Source of the DNA: an uncultured Candidatus Peribacteria bacterium | Lineage (GTDB): Bacteria; Patescibacteriota; Gracilibacteria; Peribacterales; Peribacteraceae | Direction: 5' to 3' | DNA length: 64,000 nt | NCBI GenBank assembly: GCA_964597665.1 | Contig: CAZQYX010000002.1 | Span: 12,723 to 76,722 of the forward strand | Shown here: piece by piece, positions 18,043-27,070 of the stretch | How positions within the stretch are numbered: the stretch's first letter is position 1 | How the letters are laid out: every line of letters begins with the position of its first letter | Translations under genes and position numbers: made by a program | The notes under the pieces: model-generated | Database searches by the model: none | What the model saw: only the letters and a program-made list of their open reading frames with translations | What the model was told of the DNA's origin: nothing

Positions 18043-20310
18043 TTAATTATTTGCTGCTGCCAGTATCTTTATCGGTGCAATCCCGATTGCAAGCCTTTTC
18101 GTCTGTCCCGAATCAAATTTCACTTCGATGATGTCTCCACTGCGACTGAGGACAAGCCCTTCTCCGAGTGATTTGTGTCCGATCCGCATGCCTTCAGCAA
18201 GTTCCTCTTCGACGTGCTCGAGGAAAGTCTCATCGTCGGTGTCCTGATTGAAATCATTGCGTTGGATGAACGGCTGTACCGTGCTTTTTCGGTAACTTTC
18301 GCTCGGCCTCGACGGGGTCGATGCTTGCAGCCAGCCGAACTTACTTTCGAGGATGTCGCTCTTCACTTCGAGGACTGACGTTGGTATGTCATCCAAAAAT
18401 CTGCTGCGCGCATTACTTTGCGTCGATCCCCACAGCATGCGGCTGCTTGCATGCATCAGCGAGAGGAAGTCTTTGGCGCGGGTCATGCCGACGTACAACA
18501 GTCGACGCTCTTCTTCGAGCTGGCTTCGATCCAGCTGCGATGCGCTGTGGGGCAGGATGCCTTCTTCACAGCCGACAATTGTCACCGAGCTGAACTCTAA
18601 ACCTTTACAGAGGTGCAGTGTCATCAGTGTCAGTGCGTCGGTCGCTTGATCATTCAGCTTATCCACTTCCGAGACGAGTGCGACTTCCTCGAGGAAGCTC
18701 ATGAGCGATTCCTGCGGCGGCAGAGAATCATATTTCTTCGTGACCGACAGAAGTTCCAGAATATTCTCCCAACGTGTCTCGCCTTCATCGGTCTGATCAC
18801 GTACCCATTTCTCGAGTCCGGTACTCGTGATCACTCGCTCTGCAACCGAGCTGACGACAGCAGTCTCTGCGAGAGTTTTCAAGGTCTGCAACAGATCCAC
18901 GAATGCGCTGATTCTCTTCTTCACACCATCATTCAGTTCATCGACCATCTCGATATGTTTCATTGCATCCCACAAGCTGATACTCCGGAGATTGCAAAAA
19001 TTTTGCAGATGCCCGAGTGTCGTATCTCCTATTTTTCGTGAGGGAACGTTGATGATTCTTAAAAGCGAGAGCGTGTCGTTTGGATTCAGAATCGCATACA
19101 AATATGCGAGCACATCTTTCACTTCGCGGCGTGCGTAGAATTTCATCCCGCCGAGAATGCGATAGGGGATGCCGGCTCGAAGGCACGCTTCTTCAAATTG
19201 CCTCGACTGTGCGTTCGTGCGGTAGAGGATGACTTGGTCTTTCAGTGCAGTGCCGGATTTTTTTCTCTCAAGCACGCCTCGGATTGCTTCTTCCGCTTCG
19301 CGCCGCTCATCCATGACTTCCTCCAGTTTCACTTTTGCTCCATCTTTCCTGTCCGTCCACATCTTCTTCTCGGGTCGATTTGGGTTTGCGGCGATGACGC
19401 CGTCCGCAGCATCGAGCACCTGCTGCGTTGATCGGTAATTGCGTTCGAGCTTGATGCTGATGGCATCGGGGTATTCGTTTCTGAATTCCAGAATGTTCCG
19501 GATATCCGCGCCGCGGAATGCATAAATCGACTGATCCGGGTCGCCGATGACGCAGAGGTTTCTGTCGCGCTTGCTCAGTAAGCTGATGAACTGATACTGC
19601 ACGTGGTTCGTGTCCTGATACTCATCGACGTGAAGAAATCTCCAGGTGTTCTGGTATCTCTCGAGAATTTGCGGACACTCGGTGAAGAGACGTACGGTTT
19701 CAAGCAGAAGATCGTCGAAATCGAGTGCATTCGCTTCTCTGAGTTTCTTCTGATAATTGCCATAGATCTCGGCCATTTGCTGAAAGGTATACGTTGCAGC
19801 TGCTTTCCGTGCCTGATCAACGGTCACCGCTTCGCTTTTCCATGCGCTCACGTGACCGATGGCTGTCTTCGGTTTTAGTTCTTCCGGTGCGATTTTCATG
19901 TCTTTCAGAACAGACAGCATCAGTTTCTCCTGATCGTCGGTATCGTAGATCACGAATGTTTTATTTCGCCCAATTGCTTCGATGTCACGACGCAGGATGC
20001 GAACGCAGATGGAGTGGAATGTTCCCGACAGCGGTAATCTTCCTCCTGAGTTTGTTGGATCATCGCCGGTCGTCAGCTGGAGAATCCGTGCGATGCGCTC
20101 TTTCAATTCTTTCGCTGCTTTATTCGTGAACGTTACGGCAAGTATTTGCCACGCAGGCACACCTTGTGAGATCAGATTTGCGATGCGATGTGTGATCGTT
20201 CTGGTCTTCCCGGATCCTGCTCCAGCAAGAATCAATAGAGGCCCGCGTAGTGTTTCTACCGCTTGTTTCTGCTGCTCATTCAGGCCTGCGAAAATCGGAT
20301 CATTATTCAC
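18043..20310 (-). CDS. pcrA: UvrD/PcrA-family ATP-dependent DNA helicase
   Basis: LNEQQKQAV, AGAGSGKTRT, VDEYQDTN, VIGDPDQSIYAFRGA, VGMTRAK. 755 aa. Confidence 0.93.
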   Translation of the reverse strand: MNNDPIFAGLNEQQKQAVETLRGPLLILAGAGSGKTRTITHRIANLISQGVPAWQILAVTFTNKAAKELKERIARILQLTTGDDPTNSGGRLPLSGTFHSICVRILRRDIEAIGRNKTFVIYDTDDQEKLMLSVLKDMKIAPEELKPKTAIGHVSAWKSEAVTVDQARKAAATYTFQQMAEIYGNYQKKLREANALDFDDLLLETVRLFTECPQILERYQNTWRFLHVDEYQDTNHVQYQFISLLSKRDRNLCVIGDPDQSIYAFRGADIRNILEFRNEYPDAISIKLERNYRSTQQVLDAADGVIAANPNRPEKKMWTDRKDGAKVKLEEVMDERREAEEAIRGVLERKKSGTALKDQVILYRTNAQSRQFEEACLRAGIPYRILGGMKFYARREVKDVLAYLYAILNPNDTLSLLRIINVPSRKIGDTTLGHLQNFCNLRSISLWDAMKHIEMVDELNDGVKKRISAFVDLLQTLKTLAETAVVSSVAERVITSTGLEKWVRDQTDEGETRWENILELLSVTKKYDSLPPQESLMSFLEEVALVSEVDKLNDQATDALTLMTLHLCKGLEFSSVTIVGCEEGILPHSASQLDRSQLEEERRLLYVGMTRAKDFLSLMHASSRMLWGSTQSNARSRFLDDIPTSVLEVKSDILESKFGWLQASTPSRPSESYRKSTVQPFIQRNDFNQDTDDETFLEHVEEELAEGMRIGHKSLGEGLVLSRSGDIIEVKFDSGQTKRLAIGIAPIKILAAANN

Positions 20311-20342
20311 ACCATCATTGTAGCGTCCTTTTCCAAAGATTT

Positions 20343-20639
20343 TTATTGATCATTATTTTCTCGCTTCTTTCCTTCAATTTTTTCTATCTCAGCAAATAAT
20401 CTCTCTCTAAAATCTGGGAATTTTTCCTCGAATTCTATTCGAGCTCGCTCCTCAGCATTCATTACTCCTTCATCGATAAGTAATTCCAATTCTCTATCGC
20501 TCATTAATGGTTCTCCGAGCGCCAATTCCACTTCTGCATCTGTTAGCGGTTCCCCAGGATTGTATCTAGCATCTGGCGCAGATCTTTTTCTACGTGTGTG
20601 GTCATCGGAATTGCTGCTATTTGACATTGCTTCAGACAT
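20343..20639 (-). CDS. hypothetical acidic protein (98 aa)
   Basis: ORF in an AT-rich spacer. No family recognised. Confidence 0.45.
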   Translation of the reverse strand: MSEAMSNSSNSDDHTRRKRSAPDARYNPGEPLTDAEVELALGEPLMSDRELELLIDEGVMNAEERARIEFEEKFPDFRERLFAEIEKIEGKKRENNDQ

Positions 20640-20796
20640 AGTTGAATTATATAAAAAATGAATGATTTGTCAAGAATTCATTGCTTGCGAAAACAAAAAA
20701 TGCGCGAAGCAGCGGGTCTCGCGGGCCCCGCTGCTGGAGCGCTCCGAATAAGGGAAGGAGAGCGCACGAGAGGAAACCGTAGGTTTCCTTTCGTGA

Positions 20797-21972
20797 TTAC
20801 AGCAGCTTCTGCACCATCACCTCCTCCACATTCTGCAGATGCTTTTTGCGTATCGCCGCCTTCGGCGACGTCAGCTGCTGCATTTCCAAATTCTGCTCGC
20901 TTAAACTCGTCGCAAGCCGCTTAATCTCCGATGGTGCAAGTTGCGAGATTTTCTTTTCGGCTTTCTTCTGCTCAACATCGCCTGCAATCTCCGGATCGAT
21001 CTGCGATACGCGTTCGAGTGTCACTGCGCCCATCTTCGTGAGGAGAATTTCGTGCGCGTTCCGGTAACTGATGTGTGCGGCAAGCTCGGCAATCATATTG
21101 ATGATGTTCTCTCGCTTCTGCGGATCCAAAGTCTCTGCAAGCTCATATGTTGAAATGCGTCGGAGAGAAGAGAGGATCGGTGCGAGCGCTTCTCTGGAGA
21201 CGACGTAGAAGTAGTACTCGTCTTTTGCGTAGATCAGCTTCTTCAGTTCGCCGATCGCTTCGGTCGGAACGACGAGGAAAATATGCGGGTAGATTTTGTT
21301 GTTTTTTCTCACTTTCTCTGCAGTCTTCTTCACGGCATCATCGATGTACGTCTGCAGACTCTGTGACTTACTGACTTTCGCATCGAAGATCACATACTGA
21401 TCGAGAAATTCGATCAGAAAGTCAGGTTTGAGACTGCCATCGAAGTCATCGGGGAGCGTCGTGTTGCTATAGGACTTGAATTGCAGATGCGGAAGCTTGC
21501 AGAGGTCCGTCAGCGCTGCAATGACGGTGTTCTCATGGTCATTCCACAGACGATCTCGCTCTTCTTCTACTATCTGCTTTGCCTTCACTTCACTTTCCAG
21601 TACGCGTTGCCGCTCTTCCTTTAATGCGCGTTCCGCGGCATCGATCTTCTCGAGTCCACGTGCGTGCTCTTTCTCCTGCTGCTCGCGTTTTGCTTCCGCT
21701 TTGGTCATCGTTTTCTGCAGGCTGTCCCGCTCGCGCTCGATCGCGTCCAGCTTCGCTTTCGCCTGCTCGAGTGCAATAAAGAGCTGCTTACTTTTTCCAG
21801 AATTTTCGGCGAGTTCCTGCTTGGCATTCTGCAAATCCTTCTCGGCTCTTGCAAGATCCTTACTCAAATCTGCTTGTGGAGTACCTCCCTGCGGCTTTCG
21901 TATTTGCATGATCAGATTCGCAAAAATTCCGAGTGCACAGATGATGCCGATCACAATTAGGGTAGTGTTCAT
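20797..21972 (-). CDS. rmuC: RmuC-like protein (TM anchor, long coiled coil, nuclease-fold C-terminus)
   Basis: N-terminal TM and a roughly 130-aa E/K/Q/A-rich coiled coil. KPDFLIEFLDQYVIFDAKVSKS resembles the RmuC P-D...(I/V)-D-(A/S)-K block. Confidence 0.5.
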   Translation of the reverse strand: MNTTLIVIGIICALGIFANLIMQIRKPQGGTPQADLSKDLARAEKDLQNAKQELAENSGKSKQLFIALEQAKAKLDAIERERDSLQKTMTKAEAKREQQEKEHARGLEKIDAAERALKEERQRVLESEVKAKQIVEEERDRLWNDHENTVIAALTDLCKLPHLQFKSYSNTTLPDDFDGSLKPDFLIEFLDQYVIFDAKVSKSQSLQTYIDDAVKKTAEKVRKNNKIYPHIFLVVPTEAIGELKKLIYAKDEYYFYVVSREALAPILSSLRRISTYELAETLDPQKRENIINMIAELAAHISYRNAHEILLTKMGAVTLERVSQIDPEIAGDVEQKKAEKKISQLAPSEIKRLATSLSEQNLEMQQLTSPKAAIRKKHLQNVEEVMVQKLL

Positions 21973-22066
21973 ACGTAGATAGTATCAGGGTTTACCCTGA
22001 GCGTAGTCGAAGGGTGGACGCTTGTCCACTCTCTGAAAATTTCTGAGCGCTGCAAGTGGCCTACTC

Positions 22067-22094
22067 TTGACATTTTTCTTTCTGCGAGTACTAT
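22067..22094 (+). promoter_or_regulatory. sigma70-like promoter for rpsO (TTGACA-16 nt-TACTAT)
   Basis: TTGACA at 22067-22072 and TACTAT at 22089-22094, about 84 nt upstream of the rpsO ATG. Confidence 0.45.
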
Positions 22095-22177
22095 GCCGCA
22101 GCACTCGCGCTTTTCCTTTAGTTCAACTTCAGGAGAGGCCCGAAGAATCGTTTTCTGTTGTGTTTCCCCCTCACGTT

Positions 22178-22447
22178 ATGGCTCTCAAGCGCTCCGTCAA
22201 GAAGAAGATCATCACGAAGTACCGCACACACGAAAAGGATACCGGCTCACCGGAGATCCAAGTCGGACTTCTCACCAAGAAGATCGATGAGGTCACGAAG
22301 CACTTAAAAGAGCATAAGAAGGATAACTCTGCTCGTCGCGGTTTGCTTGCGAACGTTGCCCACAGAAGGAAGCTTCTTACGTACCTCAAGATGAACAAGC
22401 CCGAGGCGTACCAGAAAGTGATCGATGCACTGGATTTAAAAAAGTAG
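22178..22447 (+). CDS. rpsO: 30S ribosomal protein S15
   Basis: 89 aa. GSPEIQVGLLTKKI...HLKEHKKDNSARRGLL..V..RRKLL.YL. Confidence 0.93.
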   Translation: MALKRSVKKKIITKYRTHEKDTGSPEIQVGLLTKKIDEVTKHLKEHKKDNSARRGLLANVAHRRKLLTYLKMNKPEAYQKVIDALDLKK

Positions 22448-22516
22448 TCAATCTTATTGCTTTATCATTTCATTTGTACTACAATTGTCATGCTTTAGCA
22501 TTTCACCGTATTCTCC

Positions 22517-22804
22517 ATGTCCACCATTCAGGTACGCGTTTCAGACAAGAATAAGAAGAGCGTCGAGAAGATCCTTGAGTCGCTCGGTCTGGATATCACG
22601 ACTGCGGTGCGTATGTTTCTCTGCCGCATTGAGATGGATCGTGGATTACCCTTCCCCGTTACGCAGAAGAAAAATCTAACTGTGAACGGGTTCACGCCGG
22701 AATTTGAGGCGGAAATAGTGGCGGCGATGAATGATAAAGAGGATAGCGTAAAATTTGATAACAGCGACGATGCCGTAGCCTTCTTGAGGCAGATGACAAA
22801 ATAA
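22517..22804 (+). CDS. RelB/DinJ-family antitoxin
   Basis: N-terminus IQVRVSDKNKKSVEKILESLGLDITTAVRMFL...GLPFPV is the DinJ/RelB ribbon-helix-helix signature. Confidence 0.8.
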   Translation: MSTIQVRVSDKNKKSVEKILESLGLDITTAVRMFLCRIEMDRGLPFPVTQKKNLTVNGFTPEFEAEIVAAMNDKEDSVKFDNSDDAVAFLRQMTK

Positions 22805-22806
22805 TC

Positions 22807-23067
22807 ATGCAAATCTTCTACCACAAGCGGTTTTTGAAGCAGATGGAGAAGTTGCAGAAACATCAGAAGATCTCCGTCACCGATGCCGTTGATCTTTTTC
22901 GCAAGCATCCTTTCAGCCCCTCATTGAAAAATCACCCACTGAAAGGTTCGGCAAAAGGTGCAAGATCGATCTCCGCTGGGTTCGATTTGCGAATTATTTT
23001 CGAAGAAGAGGATCACTATATGATCGTGCTCATGCTTGCGGTTGGCAGTCATGAGAAGGTGTATTAG
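22807..23067 (+). CDS. RelE/YafQ-family mRNA interferase toxin
   Basis: 86 aa. KNHPLKGSAKGARSISAGFDLRIIFEE....IVLMLAVGSHEKVY. Starts 2 nt after the antitoxin stop. Confidence 0.8.
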   Translation: MQIFYHKRFLKQMEKLQKHQKISVTDAVDLFRKHPFSPSLKNHPLKGSAKGARSISAGFDLRIIFEEEDHYMIVLMLAVGSHEKVY

Positions 23068-23114
23068 CGCAGATATTTATTGACAGTTTTTCTTCTATCA
23101 CTAACATCAGAAGC

Positions 23115-23372
23115 ATGTCGGAAGTCCAAAAAGTACCGGTAGAAATAGTAAGTGCGGAGCAGATGGACAGGGTCCGTCATCAACAAGCTGCTTCTAGGTT
23201 TTTGGAAGTGGCAATTGATGAAGCTGATGCAGTTCTTGCTCAGCAGAGCGTGTTGCGTGAGAAGTTGTTTGGTCCTGGTGCAGAAACAATAGAAGGTGGT
23301 GGTACTTGCGGCGGTGGAGTTATGGCTTTTCGCGAGATTATCGTGGGCGAAGAATTACCAGATTACTTGTAA
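23115..23372 (+). CDS. hypothetical protein (85 aa)
   Basis: ORF preceded by TTGACA-16-TAACAT (23080-23107). No family recognised. Confidence 0.4.
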   Translation: MSEVQKVPVEIVSAEQMDRVRHQQAASRFLEVAIDEADAVLAQQSVLREKLFGPGAETIEGGGTCGGGVMAFREIIVGEELPDYL

Positions 23373-23562
23373 GTAGCTATGATATTGAGGTGGTGTAATC
23401 TATTTTTTTGAAGTAAAATACTTATACGCTCTTTGACCTTGCACCAATCGATTTTTGTCTGGATTTACGTACCAGCGCCCAGCAGGGCATTGATGTGTAC
23501 GTCCAGATCAAAGCAAGAATCTATCGGCAGCAGGGAAGATCTATTTCCTTCCCCTTCTTCGT

Positions 23563-25773
23563 ATGATGAAAGAATATTCCATGACGCTCGGTAGCGAGCA
23601 GATGATCATCAAAACAGGACAGCTTGCGACGCAGGCCAACTCCTCGGTGATCTGCCAAATGGGCGATACGGTTGCACTCGGCAACTGTACGATTTCTGCA
23701 AAAGCACGCGCGGGCGTCGACTTCCTGCCACTGCAGGTCGTCTATCAGGAAAAGTACTACGCTGGTGGCAAGATCGCAGGCAGCAGATTTCGGAAGCGCG
23801 AAGGCCGTCCGGGTGACGACTACGTTCTCCTTGCCCGTGTGATCGACCGTGGTCTTCGTCCGATGTTCCCGAAGTACCTCAGGAAAGACATTCAGGTCTT
23901 CGCGACCGTGATGTCCTATGACTTCGAGCATGCACACGATATCGTTTCGGCGAATGCCGCAAACCTCTGCTGCTCGCTTTCAGATTGTCCTTTTGAAGGT
24001 CCTCTTGGTACGGTACGAGTCGGTTTGATCGGCGGTGAATTGGTACTGAATCCAACTGTAGAAGCAAGAGCAAAGTCCGATCTCGATATGTTTGTCACAG
24101 CTTCGCTTGAGCGCGTTGTCATGATCGAAGCCGGTGCCAATCAGGTGTCCGAAGAAGATATTCTTCGTGCGATTGATTTTGGCAAGAAGTGGGCGCAGAA
24201 GATCGCCAAGTTCTTCGAGGGAATTCAGAAAGAGATCGGCAAGAAGAAGTTCGAGGTCGAGGCTCCTTTTGCTCCGAAAGATGAAGACATGAAGTTCTTG
24301 AAGGACTGGACGCTTCCGATCGTTACGAAAGCGATCAAGGATCCTCTTGGGAAACTTGAGCGTCGTGCAATTTTCAATGATCTGATGGCGACTGCTGCCG
24401 AGAAATTGGAAGAAAAGAAAGGACCTGCGGGTGAAGACGAGTACCTCATCAATCTTTACGCAGGAGCCGCTGCAGCAGTCGACAAAATTATCAAGAACGA
24501 AATGCGTCGTCTTGTCCTTGAAGAAGGTATCCGTATGAGCAGCCGCAAGGTTGATGAGATTCGTCAGCTTTCCGCCATCGTCGATATTCTCCCGAAGCGT
24601 GTTCACGGTTCCGCTCTCTTCCAGCGTGGAGAGACGCAGGGCCTTGTCACCTGCACGCTCGGATCCCCGGGCAGCAAGCAGCTCGTAGAAGGCATGGAAG
24701 GGGAGCATGAGCTCCGGTACATGCATCACTACAATTTCCCGCCGTTCTCTGTTGGCGAGACCAGCAATCGCTTGTTCGTTGGCAACCGCGAGATCGGTCA
24801 CGGCAATCTTGCGCAGCGCGGACTGGAGCCGGTACTTCCTGATGTCGAATCTTTTCCGTACACGATCCGTACGGTCACCGAAATTCTCGAAAGCAACGGT
24901 TCTTCCTCGATGGCAGCAACATGCGGCTCGACTCTCGCACTCATGGCTGCCGGTGTGCCAATCACTGCACCGGTTTCCGGTATCGCACTCGGACTGATCT
25001 CCGATGAAGAGAAGGGCAAGTACATCATTCTCTCCGATCTTCAGGATGAAGAAGACTTCGGCGGTGATATGGATTTCAAACTTGCAGGCACTGCAAAAGG
25101 AGTCACGGCGATCCAGATGGATATCAAGATCAAGGGACTGCCGGACTCTGTCTTTAAAGAGGCTCTCGAGAGGTCGAAGACAGGGAGAGCGATCATTCTG
25201 AAAGTCATGCTTGCAGCAATTGCAGAGCCGAGGAAAGAGCTTTCTCCGTTCGCACCGAGAATCGAAACGATTCATATCGATCCTGCAGACATTCGTCTCG
25301 TCATCGGTAAAGGCGGCGAGATGATCCAGAAGATCACGAAGGATCTTGGTGTCGAGATCGATATCGAGGACAGCGGGATGGTCTTCGTGACTGCTCCAAA
25401 CGGTGACATCATGACGAAAGCCAAAGAATGGATCCTCGGCATCGTCGAGAAGCCGGAGGTCGGCAAAGTCTACGACGCCAAGATTATCCGCATCATCGAC
25501 GGTGTCGGTGCCATTGCGGAATTCGGTCGCGGTAAGGACGGCATGGTCCACATTTCCGAGCTTGCGTGGTCTCGCACGGAGAAAGTCGAAGATGTCGTCA
25601 AAGTCGGGCAGGAACTGAAAGTGAAGTGCGTCGAGTTCGATGCAGCGGAAGGCAAAACTCGTCTATCGCTGAAGCAAATGACAGCACCACCTGCAGGTTG
25701 GGTCGCACCACCACCTCGTCCGAGTTTCGGAGGCAGGAGTGGTGGAGGATTTAGAGGACCGCCGAGGAGATAG
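23563..25773 (+). CDS. pnp: polyribonucleotide nucleotidyltransferase (PNPase)
   Basis: 736 aa with two RNase PH domains, a KH domain (IGKGGEMIQKI) and an S1 domain (GKVYDAKIIRIIDGVGAIAEF). Confidence 0.95.
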   Translation: MMKEYSMTLGSEQMIIKTGQLATQANSSVICQMGDTVALGNCTISAKARAGVDFLPLQVVYQEKYYAGGKIAGSRFRKREGRPGDDYVLLARVIDRGLRPMFPKYLRKDIQVFATVMSYDFEHAHDIVSANAANLCCSLSDCPFEGPLGTVRVGLIGGELVLNPTVEARAKSDLDMFVTASLERVVMIEAGANQVSEEDILRAIDFGKKWAQKIAKFFEGIQKEIGKKKFEVEAPFAPKDEDMKFLKDWTLPIVTKAIKDPLGKLERRAIFNDLMATAAEKLEEKKGPAGEDEYLINLYAGAAAAVDKIIKNEMRRLVLEEGIRMSSRKVDEIRQLSAIVDILPKRVHGSALFQRGETQGLVTCTLGSPGSKQLVEGMEGEHELRYMHHYNFPPFSVGETSNRLFVGNREIGHGNLAQRGLEPVLPDVESFPYTIRTVTEILESNGSSSMAATCGSTLALMAAGVPITAPVSGIALGLISDEEKGKYIILSDLQDEEDFGGDMDFKLAGTAKGVTAIQMDIKIKGLPDSVFKEALERSKTGRAIILKVMLAAIAEPRKELSPFAPRIETIHIDPADIRLVIGKGGEMIQKITKDLGVEIDIEDSGMVFVTAPNGDIMTKAKEWILGIVEKPEVGKVYDAKIIRIIDGVGAIAEFGRGKDGMVHISELAWSRTEKVEDVVKVGQELKVKCVEFDAAEGKTRLSLKQMTAPPAGWVAPPPRPSFGGRSGGGFRGPPRR

Positions 25774-25775
25774 CA

Positions 25776-25847
25776 CGAAATTCCAGAATCCAAATTTCAA
25801 ATTCCAGTAGGGCAACTTGGAATTTGTTTTTTGGATTTTGGATTTTT
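25776..25847. repeat. AATTCCAAA-type periodic inverted repeat (copy A1)
   Basis: gaaattccagaatccaaatttcaaattccag / ttggaatttgttttttggattttggatttt, between convergent genes. Confidence 0.7.
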
Positions 25848-25849
25848 TC

Positions 25850-26119
25850 TTATGTCGATGATTTTGCAGGAGCTGATGATGGCGTCGCTGCAGGTGCCGT
25901 CGGTGCCGGAGCAACCGGAGCAGATTTCTCAGTTGCCGGTTTCACCGCACTATCTGTTTTATAAAAACCGCTTCCTTTGAAATGTACCATTGGTGGAGTG
26001 ATGAGACGCTTTGTCATCCCTTTGCAGACCGGACAGGCCGGAGATTCCTTTGTGCCGAAGGGGAGAGACTTTTGAAACTGCTTGCTGCAGCTGCTGCATC
26101 GGAATTCGTAGTTCGGCAT
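25850..26119 (-). CDS. FmdB-family zinc-ribbon protein with Ala/Pro-rich tail
   Basis: MPNYEFRCSSCSKQF...CPVCKG is the CxxC..CxxC FmdB signature. Confidence 0.8.
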   Translation of the reverse strand: MPNYEFRCSSCSKQFQKSLPFGTKESPACPVCKGMTKRLITPPMVHFKGSGFYKTDSAVKPATEKSAPVAPAPTAPAATPSSAPAKSST

Positions 26120-26139
26120 ACCCGAGGATTGTAGCGCAA

Positions 26140-26352
26140 TTACTTCCCGACGATATTTTGAATGAATTTCGGCGGCTGACCGATGACCGTCTTCAGCCCC
26201 CAGTAGGCTGCGATGAGTCCAAGTGCGGGTCCTGCAAGCGGGAGCAGAAATTTTCCGACAGTATTTACGCCTGCATTTGCGATTCCTGCTGCGGTGTTCG
26301 GACCTGCACTTGCTACATTGCTCAAGTCTAATGTTTCAAATTCGCCTGCCAT
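26140..26352 (-). CDS. small membrane protein (70 aa)
   Basis: Gly/Ala-rich N-terminal half followed by one TM segment (LLPLAGPALGLIAAYWGL). Confidence 0.4.
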   Translation of the reverse strand: MAGEFETLDLSNVASAGPNTAAGIANAGVNTVGKFLLPLAGPALGLIAAYWGLKTVIGQPPKFIQNIVGK

Positions 26353-26392
26353 ATAAATATTATAACATATATATTAATATTTGCAAATATCG

Positions 26393-26533
26393 TCATTTTA
26401 TGACACCTAATCCTCTCGCCAGACGTCGCGTTACTCCGATTCCGAAGGCAACGAGCCCAACAGCGACGATCCCTTTAATGAAGAGTGGATTATGGATGAC
26501 GTTCTCTAGCGGTGCCGGGAAGTTGAGTGCCAT
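26393..26533 (-). CDS. small membrane ORF (46 aa), below the ORF-track size cutoff
   Basis: Hand translation: MALNFPAPLENVIHNPLFIKGIVAVGLVAFGIGVTRRLARGLGVIK*. One TM segment. Confidence 0.3.
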   Translation of the reverse strand: MALNFPAPLENVIHNPLFIKGIVAVGLVAFGIGVTRRLARGLGVIK

Positions 26534-26544
26534 ATGAATACCGT

Positions 26545-27003
26545 CTACGAAAGGCTAGAAGCAACTCTTGATCTTGTTTCATTACTGACAGCCCTTGGAC
26601 CGGTGTGCTTATATCCAAAGACCGTATCCACTCCATCCATTGGAACATCTGTTGTTGCGAGTCGTACGACATCCAAAAATGCTCCAACAGGACGTACATG
26701 GGTAACATCGGTAAATAATTGTTCCATGTCTCTTCTTGTGCGACTGAATGTAACATTCGACGGAGCCTGAAGATCCTGACCGGCTATGGTTGCGAAAAAA
26801 TAGTCAGGTGCTTCGAGGACCGTGCTTGTAACAAACATACCTGCGCCAAGACCTGTTTTGACGGGGTCCCCATTGTTGACGGGATCTTGAACATACGTAG
26901 TACTCGTATCATTGAACCACGTCTCCATATTGCCCATATGGACAAGCCTATTCTCCCTCGCCGACCATGTAAAAAGATGATTCATCAGATATTCAGTATA
27001 CAA
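26545..27003 (-). CDS. hypothetical protein (152 aa)
   Basis: ORF with no recognised family. First gene of a run of three small same-strand genes. Confidence 0.45.
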   Translation of the reverse strand: MYTEYLMNHLFTWSARENRLVHMGNMETWFNDTSTTYVQDPVNNGDPVKTGLGAGMFVTSTVLEAPDYFFATIAGQDLQAPSNVTFSRTRRDMEQLFTDVTHVRPVGAFLDVVRLATTDVPMDGVDTVFGYKHTGPRAVSNETRSRVASSLS

Positions 27004-27070
27004 CTGTTACGACGAAGGAAAGGAAAAAACCTTACATTTTTACACATCCATTCCCCCGTTCTCTTCGCAG

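Noticed and set aside
23440-23520. Hairpin TCTGGAtttACGTAC...GTACGTCCAGA upstream of pnp as an RNase III autoregulatory site
   Set aside because: It is plausible by analogy with E. coli pnp, but it rests on a single imperfect stem and I have no evidence on conservation.
23980-25551. 523-aa ORF on the minus strand
   Set aside because: It lies entirely antisense to pnp. Its composition is Arg/Leu/Asp-rich and not protein-like. It is a shadow ORF of a strongly supported gene.
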